From: an uncultured Acidobacteriota bacterium
Lineage (GTDB): Bacteria > Acidobacteriota > Thermoanaerobaculia > Gp7-AA8
Assembly: GCA_963741955.1 (NCBI GenBank)
Contig: CAVUKB010000005.1
Span: forward strand, 1,184,001-1,248,000
Length of the DNA stretch: 64,000 bases
Direction: 5' to 3'
Shown here: positions 40,324 to 50,011 of the stretch, piece by piece
How the letters are laid out: every line of letters starts with the position of its first letter
How positions within the stretch are numbered: position 1 is the stretch's first letter
Notes under the pieces: model-generated
Database searches by the model: none
What the model was told of the DNA's origin: nothing
Seen by the model: the letters and a program-made list of their open reading frames with translations, nothing else
Position numbers and translations under genes: made by a program

Positions 40324-40360
40324 AAAAAAAAGGGAGTCGCCGGACGAGCGGCGGCTCCCC
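40324..40360 (-). terminator. Rho-independent terminator after the M16 pair
   Basis: GGGAGCCGCCG..CGGCGACTCCC followed by T8 on the minus strand. Confidence 0.85.
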
Positions 40361-40381
40361 TGATCTTTGGTTGCGTTCGTC

Positions 40382-41773
40382 TTACTGCAGCGGGACGACG
40401 GTGCCGAACGGTTCGAGCTGCTCGAGAATGACATCTTTCTCGCCTGCCACCACGATGGTCATCTTCGCCGAGTCGAGGTATTTCTTCGCGACCTGCTGCA
40501 CCTGGGAGGGCGTCACCGCATAGACGTTCTGCACGTAGTTGCGGAGAAAGTTCTCCGGGAGTCCGTAGAGGTCGAGGACGTTCAACTGGTTCACGATGCC
40601 TGCGCGCGAGGAGTTCCTCAGCACGAAGATGCCTGCCATGTAGTTCTGGATCCCGCGCAGTTCCTCCGCCGTCGGCGGCTCGCCTCGCAGCCGCTCGATC
40701 TCCTTCATGATCTCGGTGATCGAGGGCCCGGTGACCGCAGTGGTGACGTCCGCGATCTCCGCCCAGTATCCGGCGCCGACCATGGTGCCAAACGTCGAGC
40801 GCGGCGAGTACGTGTAGCCCTTGGCCTCACGGATGTTGCTGGTGATGCGTGAGCCGAACGAACCACCGAGGAGCGCGTCGGTCACCTGGAGAGGAATGTA
40901 GTCGGGACTGGTCGGGTCGATGGTCGGGAGTCCGATGTAGAGCGTCGACTGGACCGCGCCGGGCCTGTTGATCAGGTCGACCACGCGCTTGCTCGTCGGA
41001 GTGGGTGGATTGAACTTCGCCGGAGCACCCGCCCCCCATCCGCTGAGTGCGTCACGGATCGCTTTCTCCACTGCGGCATCATCGAAGCGGCCGACCACAT
41101 AGATCCTCGATCGCTTCGCGTCGAAGTTGTTCTGATAGAAGCTCCGGACCTGATCGACGGTGTAGGCGTCGATCATCCCGACAGTCGGAAAGAGTCTTCC
41201 GTATGGATGTTCCGGGTAGAGCGCCTTCAGGAACGCCTCGTGCGCGAGCGACTGCTGCTGGCTCCGGGCGATCGCGAGCTCACGCTGCAGATCACTCTTG
41301 AGCCGCGCGATCTCGCCCTCCGGAAATGCGGGATGCATCGCGACATCCGCGACGAGTCCGATCATCTCCGGCGCGAACTCCGAGAGGACGTCGCCGCCGA
41401 TGGAGGTCTCGTTCATTCCGACGCTCACGTCGAGAGAGCCGCCCATTCTCGCGGCTTCGAGTGCGATCTGCTCCGCGTTGCGGGTCGGCGTCCCCTGTTC
41501 CAACATCCGGCCGGTCAGGTCCGCGAGCCAGACCTGATTCGCCGTTTCGTTCATGTTGCCCGCAAAGGTGTCGAGCTCCACCGTCACCTTCGGGACGTCG
41601 CTGTAATGCACCATCCGGACTTCGAGTCCGTTCGGCAGTGTGAACTTGTGGACCTCCGGGATGTTGAACGGCTTCGGCGGCGCGGGCGCGGGCGCTCCGG
41701 CCGGCTGTGCGAAGGCGGCCGCCGCACCGAGGAGCGCGAAACAGAATCCGATCAGTATGTTCTTGATGCGCAT
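40382..41773 (-). CDS. M16 peptidase, non-catalytic subunit
   Basis: Signal peptide; LGG.F.SRI..NIRE.KGYTY; lacks HxxEH. Confidence 0.9.
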   Translation of the reverse strand: MRIKNILIGFCFALLGAAAAFAQPAGAPAPAPPKPFNIPEVHKFTLPNGLEVRMVHYSDVPKVTVELDTFAGNMNETANQVWLADLTGRMLEQGTPTRNAEQIALEAARMGGSLDVSVGMNETSIGGDVLSEFAPEMIGLVADVAMHPAFPEGEIARLKSDLQRELAIARSQQQSLAHEAFLKALYPEHPYGRLFPTVGMIDAYTVDQVRSFYQNNFDAKRSRIYVVGRFDDAAVEKAIRDALSGWGAGAPAKFNPPTPTSKRVVDLINRPGAVQSTLYIGLPTIDPTSPDYIPLQVTDALLGGSFGSRITSNIREAKGYTYSPRSTFGTMVGAGYWAEIADVTTAVTGPSITEIMKEIERLRGEPPTAEELRGIQNYMAGIFVLRNSSRAGIVNQLNVLDLYGLPENFLRNYVQNVYAVTPSQVQQVAKKYLDSAKMTIVVAGEKDVILEQLEPFGTVVPLQ

Positions 41774-41790
41774 GAGTCGGTCTCCTTCGA

Positions 41791-43230
41791 TCACGAGCCG
41801 GCCTTCGGCTCGACGGTGAGAATGGTTCTGTTACTGGTTCGGAGATACTCCTTCGCGGTCTTCTGGATCAGCTCCGGTGTGACGTCCGCGAAGTTCTTCT
41901 CGATATCGTTGATCTTCGAAGGGTCGTCGTCGAAGAGGGCGAACGAGGCGAGAAGGTCGGCTTTGCCGAATCCGAACAGGCCCTCGATCTCGTCGTACAT
42001 CTGGGAGCGCATTTTCACCCGCGCGCGATCGAGGGTCGCAGCGTCGACGGGTGCGTTCTGCAGCCGCTCGATCTGTTCGTTCAAGGCGGTGATGATCTGA
42101 TCGTTCGTCTTGTCCTTGTCGTGGAAGAGCCAGACCTCGTAGAGCGTCGGACCGTTGATGTCGAACATGTTGCCGAGGGAGTTGATCGAGGAGCTGACAT
42201 CACCGGTGAGACCCTTCTGCTGAACCAGCGACTGGTGGAGCCAGCTGTCCTTCCCCACCGCGAGGATCTGGTCGATCATGCCGAGTGCGTAGTATTCGGG
42301 CGATCCGACCGCCGGGGCGTGCCAGGCAAACGCGATGGCGGGACGGTTCGCCTTCTCGTCGACCTTGTTGAAGCGCTTCTCTTCGGTCTGTCGCGGCTCG
42401 GAGATGTCGGGGCGCGCCGGCTGCGGAGCGGAGGCGATGTCGCCGAAGTACTTTTTCACCCACACCATCGCCTGGTCGGGATCGAGATCGCCGGCGATGG
42501 CGAGGGCCGCGTTGTTCGGCGCGTAGTAGGTCTTGTGGAAGTCCTGGACGTCGGTGAGGCTCGCCGCGTCGAGGTCCTTCATGTCGCCGTAGAAGTTGTG
42601 CGAGTTGTACCAGTTCTGGTTCGCGTACTGCGGGAGATCGAGCCAGGGGAAGCCGCCGTAGGGACGATTGATCACGTTGACCCGGACTTCGTTCTTCACC
42701 ACGTCGCGCTGGTTGTCGAGATTCGCCTGATTGATCGCGAGTCCGCGCATCCGGTCCGCTTCGGCCCAGAGCATCGTTTCCAGGGTGTTCGAGGGAACGA
42801 TCTCGAAGTAATTCGTGAAGTCGAAGCGCGTCGAGCCGTTCAACACACCGCCGTTCGACTGCACCAGCTTGATGAACTCCATCTTGCCAAGGTGCTCGGA
42901 ACCCTGAAACATCATGTGCTCGAACAGATGTGCGAATCCGGTGCGGTCCTTCGGCTCGATGCGGAAGCCGATGTTGTAGTACACCGCGACGGTCACGACG
43001 GGCGAAGTGTGGTCGGGCGACATGACGACCTTCAGCCCGTTGTCGAGCTTGTGGTAGATCACCGGCACCTGGTATCCGGAGACGGTGCCAGGAGCCGTCG
43101 CCACGGCGGGAGGCGTGGTGGCCTCGGCGGGTGGCGGAGGCGGTGCGGTCGCCGGCGGCGGTGCGGGTTGCGCGCACGCCAGCGCCAGCACGAGAAGCGG
43201 GGCTGCAGCAAGTCGCAGATCGATCTTCAT
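41791..43230 (-). CDS. M16 zinc peptidase, catalytic subunit (lipoprotein)
   Basis: GFAHLFEHMMF, NGST.FD.TNY; lipobox ALAC. Confidence 0.93.
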   Translation of the reverse strand: MKIDLRLAAAPLLVLALACAQPAPPPATAPPPPPAEATTPPAVATAPGTVSGYQVPVIYHKLDNGLKVVMSPDHTSPVVTVAVYYNIGFRIEPKDRTGFAHLFEHMMFQGSEHLGKMEFIKLVQSNGGVLNGSTRFDFTNYFEIVPSNTLETMLWAEADRMRGLAINQANLDNQRDVVKNEVRVNVINRPYGGFPWLDLPQYANQNWYNSHNFYGDMKDLDAASLTDVQDFHKTYYAPNNAALAIAGDLDPDQAMVWVKKYFGDIASAPQPARPDISEPRQTEEKRFNKVDEKANRPAIAFAWHAPAVGSPEYYALGMIDQILAVGKDSWLHQSLVQQKGLTGDVSSSINSLGNMFDINGPTLYEVWLFHDKDKTNDQIITALNEQIERLQNAPVDAATLDRARVKMRSQMYDEIEGLFGFGKADLLASFALFDDDPSKINDIEKNFADVTPELIQKTAKEYLRTSNRTILTVEPKAGS

Positions 43231-43440
43231 GGGCAACTCCTGTCGTTGAGATTCAGGGGTGAGCCTATCAAAGTTCGAGGTGGAGAGAGGAGCGGCGGAC
43301 TGGAGCATGACTTCGCGCCGGCGGTCGGAGCTGGTGCCGCCGGATTTACTCATGAGCTCGCGTCGCGGTATGCTTCGAAAGCTCCCGATGCAACCCCACC
43401 CACGACCGCCCTGATGAAGCGGCCGGTTCGAGGAGAGCCC

Positions 43441-46095
43441 ATGCCCTATACGCTCAACGGTATCGGAACTCACTACTACGGAAAAGGGAACCCGACGTCC
43501 TTCTCCGACACCTGTCGCTTCTGTGGCCGGAACGCCACGATCTCCTCCTACGACACACGGGAGTGCGTCTGCATCTTCTTCATTCCGGTGATCCCCTTGA
43601 AGAAGCATCGGATCCTGGATGAATGCTCCCGTTGCCGGAAGCACCACAGGATCGCGCTGCAGGACTTCAAGAATGCGGTAGACAGCGACAGCAGGCCGCT
43701 TCGCGAGGCGGTAGAGCGAAATCCGAAAGATCCCGCCGCGCGCATCGCTCTCGTTCAGGCTCTCCTTTCGTTCCAGATGTGGAGCGAAGCAGAACGGGAA
43801 GCCGATGCCGGGCTGGCCGAATGTCCCAGCGCCGATCTGTATCTACTCGCCGGACAGATCCGAATGCAGCGCAACCACCTCGGCGATGCGCTTCCTCTTT
43901 TCGAGCGGGCCGCGGCGCTCGAACCAACGAACGCCGCGATCCAGTACTCCCTGGGTTGGTCGCTCTTCAAGCTGAACCGGGTCGAAGATGCGATCGTCCC
44001 TTTGCAGCGCGCAGCGGCACGGTCGGATGATCGACGCGCCGACTACCTGCTCGGATTGAGCTTCCACCGTCAGCAGCGGTGGGCCGAAGCGCTGGCGGCG
44101 TTCGAGAAAGTCAGTAGGTCCCAGCAGGATCCTTCGAAGGACAAGGGTCTGCTTCGGCTGATCGGCGACTGCAAGAAGCGGCTGAATTATCCGCTCTCGG
44201 ATCTCGAGCGAAAGGCCTCGCGAAGAGTGTGGCCGTTCGGCCGCAAGCCACGGATTCGGACCTCTGGCCGCGCGCGAAGCGTCAGTGGTCCGCTCGTAGT
44301 CGGTGTCCTTGCCTTCGCGGCGATCGTGATCGCCGTCGGTATTGCATTCTGGAACCGGAGTCACGTGCCGCTTTACATCGGCAACGGTTTCGGGAAGCAG
44401 ATCACGGTCCGGATCGACGGAAAGTCGCTGGTCGTCCCGGGTGGTCCTCCTCTCAAGACGACGATCGCTCCGGGCCGCCATACCCTCGTGGCTCTGGCCG
44501 GCGGCACGACGATCGAGAGCTTCGACGCGGAAGTGAGCGACGATGGACTTTGGGATGCGCTGTTCGGATCGCGATTTCTCGTCTATAACCCGGATGAGCG
44601 GGAGATCTATCGGCGCGCCCGCATCGGATACGCAGTACGCAGAGACGAAAGCACGTACGATGAAGAGATCATCGCCGGGAAGCGCTTCTTCGAAGTGAAG
44701 AACGTCGATTTCGTCTTCACCGCGCCTCCCGACAGCATCGACATCGATGAGCACGCCGGTAAAGCATCGCGCGTGGCATTCGATGTCGCTGCGGATGTGG
44801 CATACGAAGACTACGGATTCTGGTGCCATCAGCAGAAGCAGACCGTCGAGGCCCTGCGCCTTCTCCGAAAGGCGGTGGCCATCGAGCCATGTTCTTCCCG
44901 GGCGCGCGAGAATCTGATCGCGGTGATCCACGACTCCGAGTCTGCGGAGAGTGCTCTGGCAGAGATCGAACCGTGGAAGAAAACCTGTCCGAACGACGTG
45001 GTCGAACCGAATCGCACGTATCAGGACCTGATGTGGGACCTCGGCAGAAACGAGGAACTGACCCGCGACTATGGAGCCCGAGTCGCCGCCCACCCCGACT
45101 CGGCGATCTGGCACTATCTCTACGGACGGATCGTCGGTAATCCGGAGGCGGCGCTCCAAGAGTATCGGAGGGCGTCGGCGCTCGATCCATCATTCATCCT
45201 CCCTCACGTGGGTGCCGCCTATTCGTTACTGAGTCTCGAGCGCTACACCGATGCGGAAAACGAGTACCGGACGATCCTGTCGATGAAGGACCACGATCCA
45301 TCGTTCGTCATCCTGTACGCATATGCGATCGCCTCGGCCGGCGACGTCGCAACAGCATCTTCGGAGCTGCCCTCAATCTCGCACTCCGACGCTCCGATCA
45401 CAGGCGAAGCGTTCGAGGCCACCTGGATCGCAGCACTCCTTCGCCGGGACTGGAACGAAGCCTCGTATCTGATTGGGCTCCAGAGACGATCGGGCGGAGA
45501 TCCTTTCGTGGTCTGGTCCCGCGAGCTTCTCGTGTCGAGATTGCGGGGGGATACGGGGAAGATCGAAAAGGAGCTGGCGGAAGGACGTCGTGCGTTCCGG
45601 CAAAGGACTGCCGCGATCGACCTCGCGGTCCTGATCGAGCAAGGGAAGTACGAGGAGGCATCCGCCGCGGCGATCGATCCGAAGACCCTCGTCAATTCGG
45701 ACGATCTTCTGAAAGCCGTTTATGCGACCGCTGCCCTCGGCTTGCGCGGGGATCGGAACGCGCTGTCGGCGGCCGTCGCGCGCCTTCGCTCATCCGTCTC
45801 TCAGAGTTCACCAGCGATCGAGCGCGAAGGAGGGATCCTTCTCGACGCGCTCGATCCTCAAAGCCCTCTCGAACCGGTGATCGCCCGGGCTCGAGCTCGG
45901 GAGCCTTTGATGCTCCGGCACGTCTGGTTCATGGTGGGAACGCGCTTCCTCGCGTCGGGAGATCCAGCCGCGGCCAGGGGATGGTTCGAGCGCAGCCGTC
46001 GCGCCTCGAGTGACTTCGACTTTCCGTACCTCGCGGCGCGGGGGCTCAGCCAGGGAGAGGAGCGCGCGGAGAAAAGCGTAGAGAAGTCGATGTAG
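43441..46095 (+). CDS. Membrane-anchored TPR protein with N-terminal zinc ribbon
   Basis: CRFC...FFIPVIP...CSRC, TPR repeats on both sides of one TM; RBS gaggag. Confidence 0.8.
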   Translation: MPYTLNGIGTHYYGKGNPTSFSDTCRFCGRNATISSYDTRECVCIFFIPVIPLKKHRILDECSRCRKHHRIALQDFKNAVDSDSRPLREAVERNPKDPAARIALVQALLSFQMWSEAEREADAGLAECPSADLYLLAGQIRMQRNHLGDALPLFERAAALEPTNAAIQYSLGWSLFKLNRVEDAIVPLQRAAARSDDRRADYLLGLSFHRQQRWAEALAAFEKVSRSQQDPSKDKGLLRLIGDCKKRLNYPLSDLERKASRRVWPFGRKPRIRTSGRARSVSGPLVVGVLAFAAIVIAVGIAFWNRSHVPLYIGNGFGKQITVRIDGKSLVVPGGPPLKTTIAPGRHTLVALAGGTTIESFDAEVSDDGLWDALFGSRFLVYNPDEREIYRRARIGYAVRRDESTYDEEIIAGKRFFEVKNVDFVFTAPPDSIDIDEHAGKASRVAFDVAADVAYEDYGFWCHQQKQTVEALRLLRKAVAIEPCSSRARENLIAVIHDSESAESALAEIEPWKKTCPNDVVEPNRTYQDLMWDLGRNEELTRDYGARVAAHPDSAIWHYLYGRIVGNPEAALQEYRRASALDPSFILPHVGAAYSLLSLERYTDAENEYRTILSMKDHDPSFVILYAYAIASAGDVATASSELPSISHSDAPITGEAFEATWIAALLRRDWNEASYLIGLQRRSGGDPFVVWSRELLVSRLRGDTGKIEKELAEGRRAFRQRTAAIDLAVLIEQGKYEEASAAAIDPKTLVNSDDLLKAVYATAALGLRGDRNALSAAVARLRSSVSQSSPAIEREGGILLDALDPQSPLEPVIARARAREPLMLRHVWFMVGTRFLASGDPAAARGWFERSRRASSDFDFPYLAARGLSQGEERAEKSVEKSM

Positions 46096-46214
46096 TTGGC
46101 GGCGTGCGGAATGACGGTGACATCCTGGAAGCACCCACGGTCCGACGTCCCGATCGTTCACGGGATTTCCACTGCGGAGCGAGACGTCCCTGCACGGATC
46201 ACCACCACCCGGCG

Positions 46215-46691
46215 TCACTTCTCGACGCGCGCGAAGCGCAGCGTCTCGCCATAGAGCTGCGGGTTCTTGAGATTCTCTTCGACGAACCGGACGATCGCGG
46301 CGCGGTCGCTGGCGTGGGCGCGGATGAACTTCGGGTCGAGGTACCGGAGCTCGAGCGTGTTGCCGTCGTCCGATGTATGCCACGAATACCACACCCATTT
46401 CCGCTCGTCCTGGAGTTGCTGGACGGAGACGAGAGGAGCGCCGCCGAGGTCGGTGTGGATCACGCGGTACGGCTCACCATCGCTGACCACCACGTAGCTC
46501 CTCGGATCGAGCTGCCGGATGGTGAGCCGTGCGCCGTCGCTGAGCGAGAACCAGTCGCCGGTGAGCTGCGGGACGACCTCGCGCGTCGGCTCGGGCGTGA
46601 GGGGGAAATCCCACTCGCAGCCGATGAGCGCGAACCCGAGGAGTGAGACGGCGAGTATCGTCATGGATGCAGAGCCGGACCGCTGGAACAT
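46215..46691 (-). CDS. Hypothetical lipoprotein
   Basis: Lipobox LIGC; RBS ggagagg. Confidence 0.7.
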   Translation of the reverse strand: MFQRSGSASMTILAVSLLGFALIGCEWDFPLTPEPTREVVPQLTGDWFSLSDGARLTIRQLDPRSYVVVSDGEPYRVIHTDLGGAPLVSVQQLQDERKWVWYSWHTSDDGNTLELRYLDPKFIRAHASDRAAIVRFVEENLKNPQLYGETLRFARVEK

Positions 46692-46917
46692 GAAACCCTC
46701 CTCCGGGTCGTCTGTGGTGTCGCCCGGACTATCCCGGCCAGAGCGCCGCACGGCCCGTTGAGTGCATCATCGGTCTTCCGGAGAAGGAAAAGATAGAAGA
46801 AAAATCGAGAGATCGCATGGGCGGGCATGGGAGCCCGGGGTCCGGCCCACGGTCGGACGTGCCGGACGTGTCAGGGACGTCCGGCAATCCGACCGCGTGA
46901 CGGCTCCCTCGCCGGGG

Positions 46918-47685
46918 TCACCTCTCCACTGCGGGACTTCCCGTCGAATCGGACGTGCTTCGCCGTTTGGGGAGCGGGAGGAGCATCGGCACGCGCTCGC
47001 GGTATTCGAGATAGCGCCTTCCCAGGAACCGGACCAGATCGTGTTCCTCGAGCTGCAGCGCGACGAGAATGTAGCCGGTCGAGGCAGCGGCGAAGAAGAG
47101 ATGGCCGGCGGTCATCACCGGAGCGGACCAGAACGCAATGATGAAGCCGAACATGAGAGGGTGCCGGATGAAGCTGTAAAACCCGCGGGTGGTGAACTGA
47201 GGATCGGTCAGATCACGTCCTTTGAGGTTCTGGTAGATCTGCTGGAGACCGAACAGGTGCACGTGGCTGATCATGAACGTGGAAAGGAACACGATGCCCC
47301 ATCCGGTCCAGAAGAGAGCCGTCAGCGCCGTCGCTCCCGCTCCCTCGACCGACCAGATCACATTGGAGACCGGCCGCCACTGCCAGTAAAGGAGGATCAG
47401 GGCGAGATTCGCGAAGAGGACGTAGGTGCTCCGCTCGATCGCCGGGGGGACGATCTTCGTCCACCGTTTCTTGAAGCCGGGGCGCGCCATGACGCTGTGC
47501 TGCACTGCGAAAAGGGTGAGGAGAGCGGCGTCGATGAGCAGCGCCCAGAGGATCGGCGTCGCGGGGCCGTTGTCGATCGACTTCGGGACGAGGAGATTTC
47601 CGACAAAGCCGATTGCGTACAGAAAGACTGCGAAGAAGAGGGCGTAACAGAGGATGCCGTAGAGGAAGAAAACGAGACGTTTCAT
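46918..47685 (-). CDS. mddA: Methanethiol S-methyltransferase (ICMT-like)
   Basis: YAIGFVGN..VPKSID, QHSVMARP.FK, ERSTYVL, RHP..GF and MT.GHL.FA. Confidence 0.88.
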   Translation of the reverse strand: MKRLVFFLYGILCYALFFAVFLYAIGFVGNLLVPKSIDNGPATPILWALLIDAALLTLFAVQHSVMARPGFKKRWTKIVPPAIERSTYVLFANLALILLYWQWRPVSNVIWSVEGAGATALTALFWTGWGIVFLSTFMISHVHLFGLQQIYQNLKGRDLTDPQFTTRGFYSFIRHPLMFGFIIAFWSAPVMTAGHLFFAAASTGYILVALQLEEHDLVRFLGRRYLEYRERVPMLLPLPKRRSTSDSTGSPAVER

Positions 47686-47817
47686 GACGTTCTCCGTTCG
47701 TCGAATGTTGCTCGTTCCGGCCCGCTCGGTCCCGGACCGGGATTTCATCGCCACCACGTCCTGCCGTGGCCGCTCCAGCCCGGTGTTCTCGGGCCAAGAG
47801 GAGCGGGAGGCGAAACG

Positions 47818-47868
47818 TACGACCGTTCGTTTTGAATCAAGATACGACCGTTCGTGCTATACTGTCAA
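47818..47868. promoter_or_regulatory. Two TetR operator-like sites overlapping divergent promoters
   Basis: TACGACCGTTCGT at 47818-47830 and 47843-47855; TTGACA-N18-TATCTT on the minus strand. Confidence 0.7.
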
Positions 47869-47876
47869 GCTGAAGC

Positions 47877-48527
47877 ATGAGCGAGACCGTCACAGCCGCC
47901 CCCGAGCCCCGAAGACCGAAAGGTGAACAGACCCGCGACGAGATCCTGCGCGTCGCCGCACGCCTCGCCACCATCAACGGCCTCGAAGGCCTCTCCATCG
48001 GCGATCTCGCGGACCACGTGGGGATGAGCAAGAGCGGTCTGTATGCGCACTTCGGCTCGAAACAGGAGCTCCAGCTCGCGACGATCGACGCGGCGCGCAT
48101 CACGTTCATGGACGAAGTCATGGCGCCCGCGTTCGAAACACCCCGTGGTCGGGCACGCGTCGTCGCCCTCTGCCACGCGTTTCTCTCCTATCTCGAGCGG
48201 GGCGTCTTCCCCGGGGGCTGCTTTTTCGCCGGAGCGGCCTCGGAGTTCAGCGCCCGGCCCGGCCCGGTGCGCGATCGGATCGTCCAGGTGGTTGCAGAGT
48301 TTCTCTCTGCACTCGAGCAGTTCGTACGAGAGGCGCAGAACCTGAAAGAGATCGACCCGTCCGCGGATCCCGGACAGATCACGTTCGAGCTCCACGCGAT
48401 CCTCCTCGCGACGAACAACCGGTATCTCCTCAGTGAGGATCCCGTCCTTCTCGATCGGGCGCGGATCGCGATCGACTCCCTCGCCGTGGCGCCGAAGCGC
48501 ACTGCCTCGCGTCGCCGGCGCGGCTGA
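47877..48527 (+). CDS. TetR/AcrR family regulator
   Basis: GLEGLSIG.LA..GMSKSGLYAHFGSKQELQ and FPGGCFF. Confidence 0.93.
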   Translation: MSETVTAAPEPRRPKGEQTRDEILRVAARLATINGLEGLSIGDLADHVGMSKSGLYAHFGSKQELQLATIDAARITFMDEVMAPAFETPRGRARVVALCHAFLSYLERGVFPGGCFFAGAASEFSARPGPVRDRIVQVVAEFLSALEQFVREAQNLKEIDPSADPGQITFELHAILLATNNRYLLSEDPVLLDRARIAIDSLAVAPKRTASRRRRG

Positions 48528-48542
48528 TCCTGCGGAGACGCC

Positions 48543-49535
48543 TCAATCCCACAGGTGGTGCACCGCGAAGTGCAATCCGAAATCGGGACCGTTGTCGAAA
48601 CGGAGCACGTTCTCGATCAGTCCGATCTCGTAGACGTTCGACCCCGACCGATGCCGGAATCCGAGCAGCGCTTCGTTCGTCGCCTTCGAAAGAGGCCCTT
48701 CCGTGGTGAGACCCTGGTTCGCGAGGTATTGTGCGATCAACGACGTCCTCTCCGTCGCCGGCAGCTCGATTGCGGAGAGGAACGTCCACTGCTGTTTCTC
48801 GAGGGTGAGCCCGCCGATGCTCGCTCCGGCGAAGCGACTGAATCCCACTCCGGCATAAAGGCCGGCCGGCCCGATCTTCCGATACGCGCCGGCAGTGAGC
48901 CCCGCGTCGATGTCTCCCCTCTTTTCCGGCGAGAGCCGTTCTCCAAGGTTCGTTCTCACGGTCATGGAGCCGTCGAGGTCGAAACTTCCGAACTTCACGA
49001 CGCGAGCGAGCGTCGCGCCGACCGCGGTCTCGTACGAACCCGAAGCGCTCTTCCCCGCCTGAAAGAGAATCTTCCCGCTGCGGGGATCGCGGATGGCGAT
49101 GTGGATCGAGTCGCGCGGAACGTCGTCGCGCCCGTTCAATCCGAGTCCGACCATCTCGTGAAACTCCTGAATGGTGTGGTCGAGGCGCCCGCCGAGGAGG
49201 CTCCGGTTCTCGAACGTGGTGGTCACGCTCCATCCACGCCCGAGAGACCAACCGAGGGAAAGGCGCGAATCGACCGCCTCGTAGTCGAGCACCGCCGACT
49301 CCGGATGGTCCACCCAGACGTTGGTCCAGGTCTCGGAGAAGGAGAGATGCCGCTCGCCGGAGTTGCCGGAGAGGGGGATGCCCGGCACGAGGCTGAGTCG
49401 AAGCGATTGCAGCGGCGACTGCGAGGAAAGATGAATCGGCCCACGCACGGCATCCGCGGGCGGATCGGCCCGGGAGAGTGGAGCGAAGAAGGCGGCGGCG
49501 ATCAGGAAGGCGGCCCGGGCAAAGTGATGCGACAT
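48543..49535 (-). CDS. DUF3187-like outer-membrane protein
   Basis: Signal peptide; GP...QSPLQSLRL, GG.LD..I..FH and ENV..FDN.PDFG.H. Confidence 0.7.
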   Translation of the reverse strand: MSHHFARAAFLIAAAFFAPLSRADPPADAVRGPIHLSSQSPLQSLRLSLVPGIPLSGNSGERHLSFSETWTNVWVDHPESAVLDYEAVDSRLSLGWSLGRGWSVTTTFENRSLLGGRLDHTIQEFHEMVGLGLNGRDDVPRDSIHIAIRDPRSGKILFQAGKSASGSYETAVGATLARVVKFGSFDLDGSMTVRTNLGERLSPEKRGDIDAGLTAGAYRKIGPAGLYAGVGFSRFAGASIGGLTLEKQQWTFLSAIELPATERTSLIAQYLANQGLTTEGPLSKATNEALLGFRHRSGSNVYEIGLIENVLRFDNGPDFGLHFAVHHLWD

Positions 49536-49691
49536 GAATCCTCCGAATCGAGGGCCGGTTCGAAGGTGAAGCCGAGGGGCGGGAGAGTCGCGCTCTCACG
49601 CCGTCCTCTCGGGTCACGGAGCTGGATCGAACCAGGCCCGTCATACCACTGCATGATTATATAACCATATAGGTTTGTTGCAAGCCCCGGA

Positions 49692-49843
49692 CGAGAGACG
49701 AGAGGCGAGAGGCGAGAGACGAGAGGCGAGAGACGAGAGGCGAGAGACGAGAGGCGAGAGACGAGAGGCGAGAGGCGAGAGGCGAGAGGCGAGAGGCGAG
49801 AGGCGAGAGGCGAGAGGCGAGAGGCGAGAGGCGAGAGGCGAGA
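49692..49843. repeat. Heptamer microsatellite (GAGAGGC/GAGAGAC), about 21 copies
   Basis: Read directly. Confidence 0.95.
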
Positions 49844-49915
49844 ATAATATTCCGCTCTTGGCATATTTTGACGAAGTTTATGCGGAACATTGGCTATTTA
49901 TGAGAATATTATTCT
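49841..49915. promoter_or_regulatory. AT-rich island bounded by AGAATAATATTC / AGAATATTATTCT boxes
   Basis: Boxes at 49841 and 49903 (62 bp apart), with a degenerate box at 49872. Confidence 0.55.
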
Positions 49916-49963
49916 GATTCTGCTCCTTTGGGATTCGCTCATCGCAGAGGTCCATGACACGCT

Positions 49964-50011
49964 TCTCGAGGCTCGAGCCCCGAACCTCGAGCCTCGAGCC
50001 TCGAGCCTCTC
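49964..50011. repeat. (CTCGAGC)n heptamer tract abutting a stop codon
   Basis: Read directly; the same unit occurs at about 55281-55297. Confidence 0.75.

Noticed and set aside
42121-43440. N-terminal extension giving a 1324-aa protein
   Set aside because: It overlaps the M16 gene antisense; the real start is ATG 43441 with an RBS.
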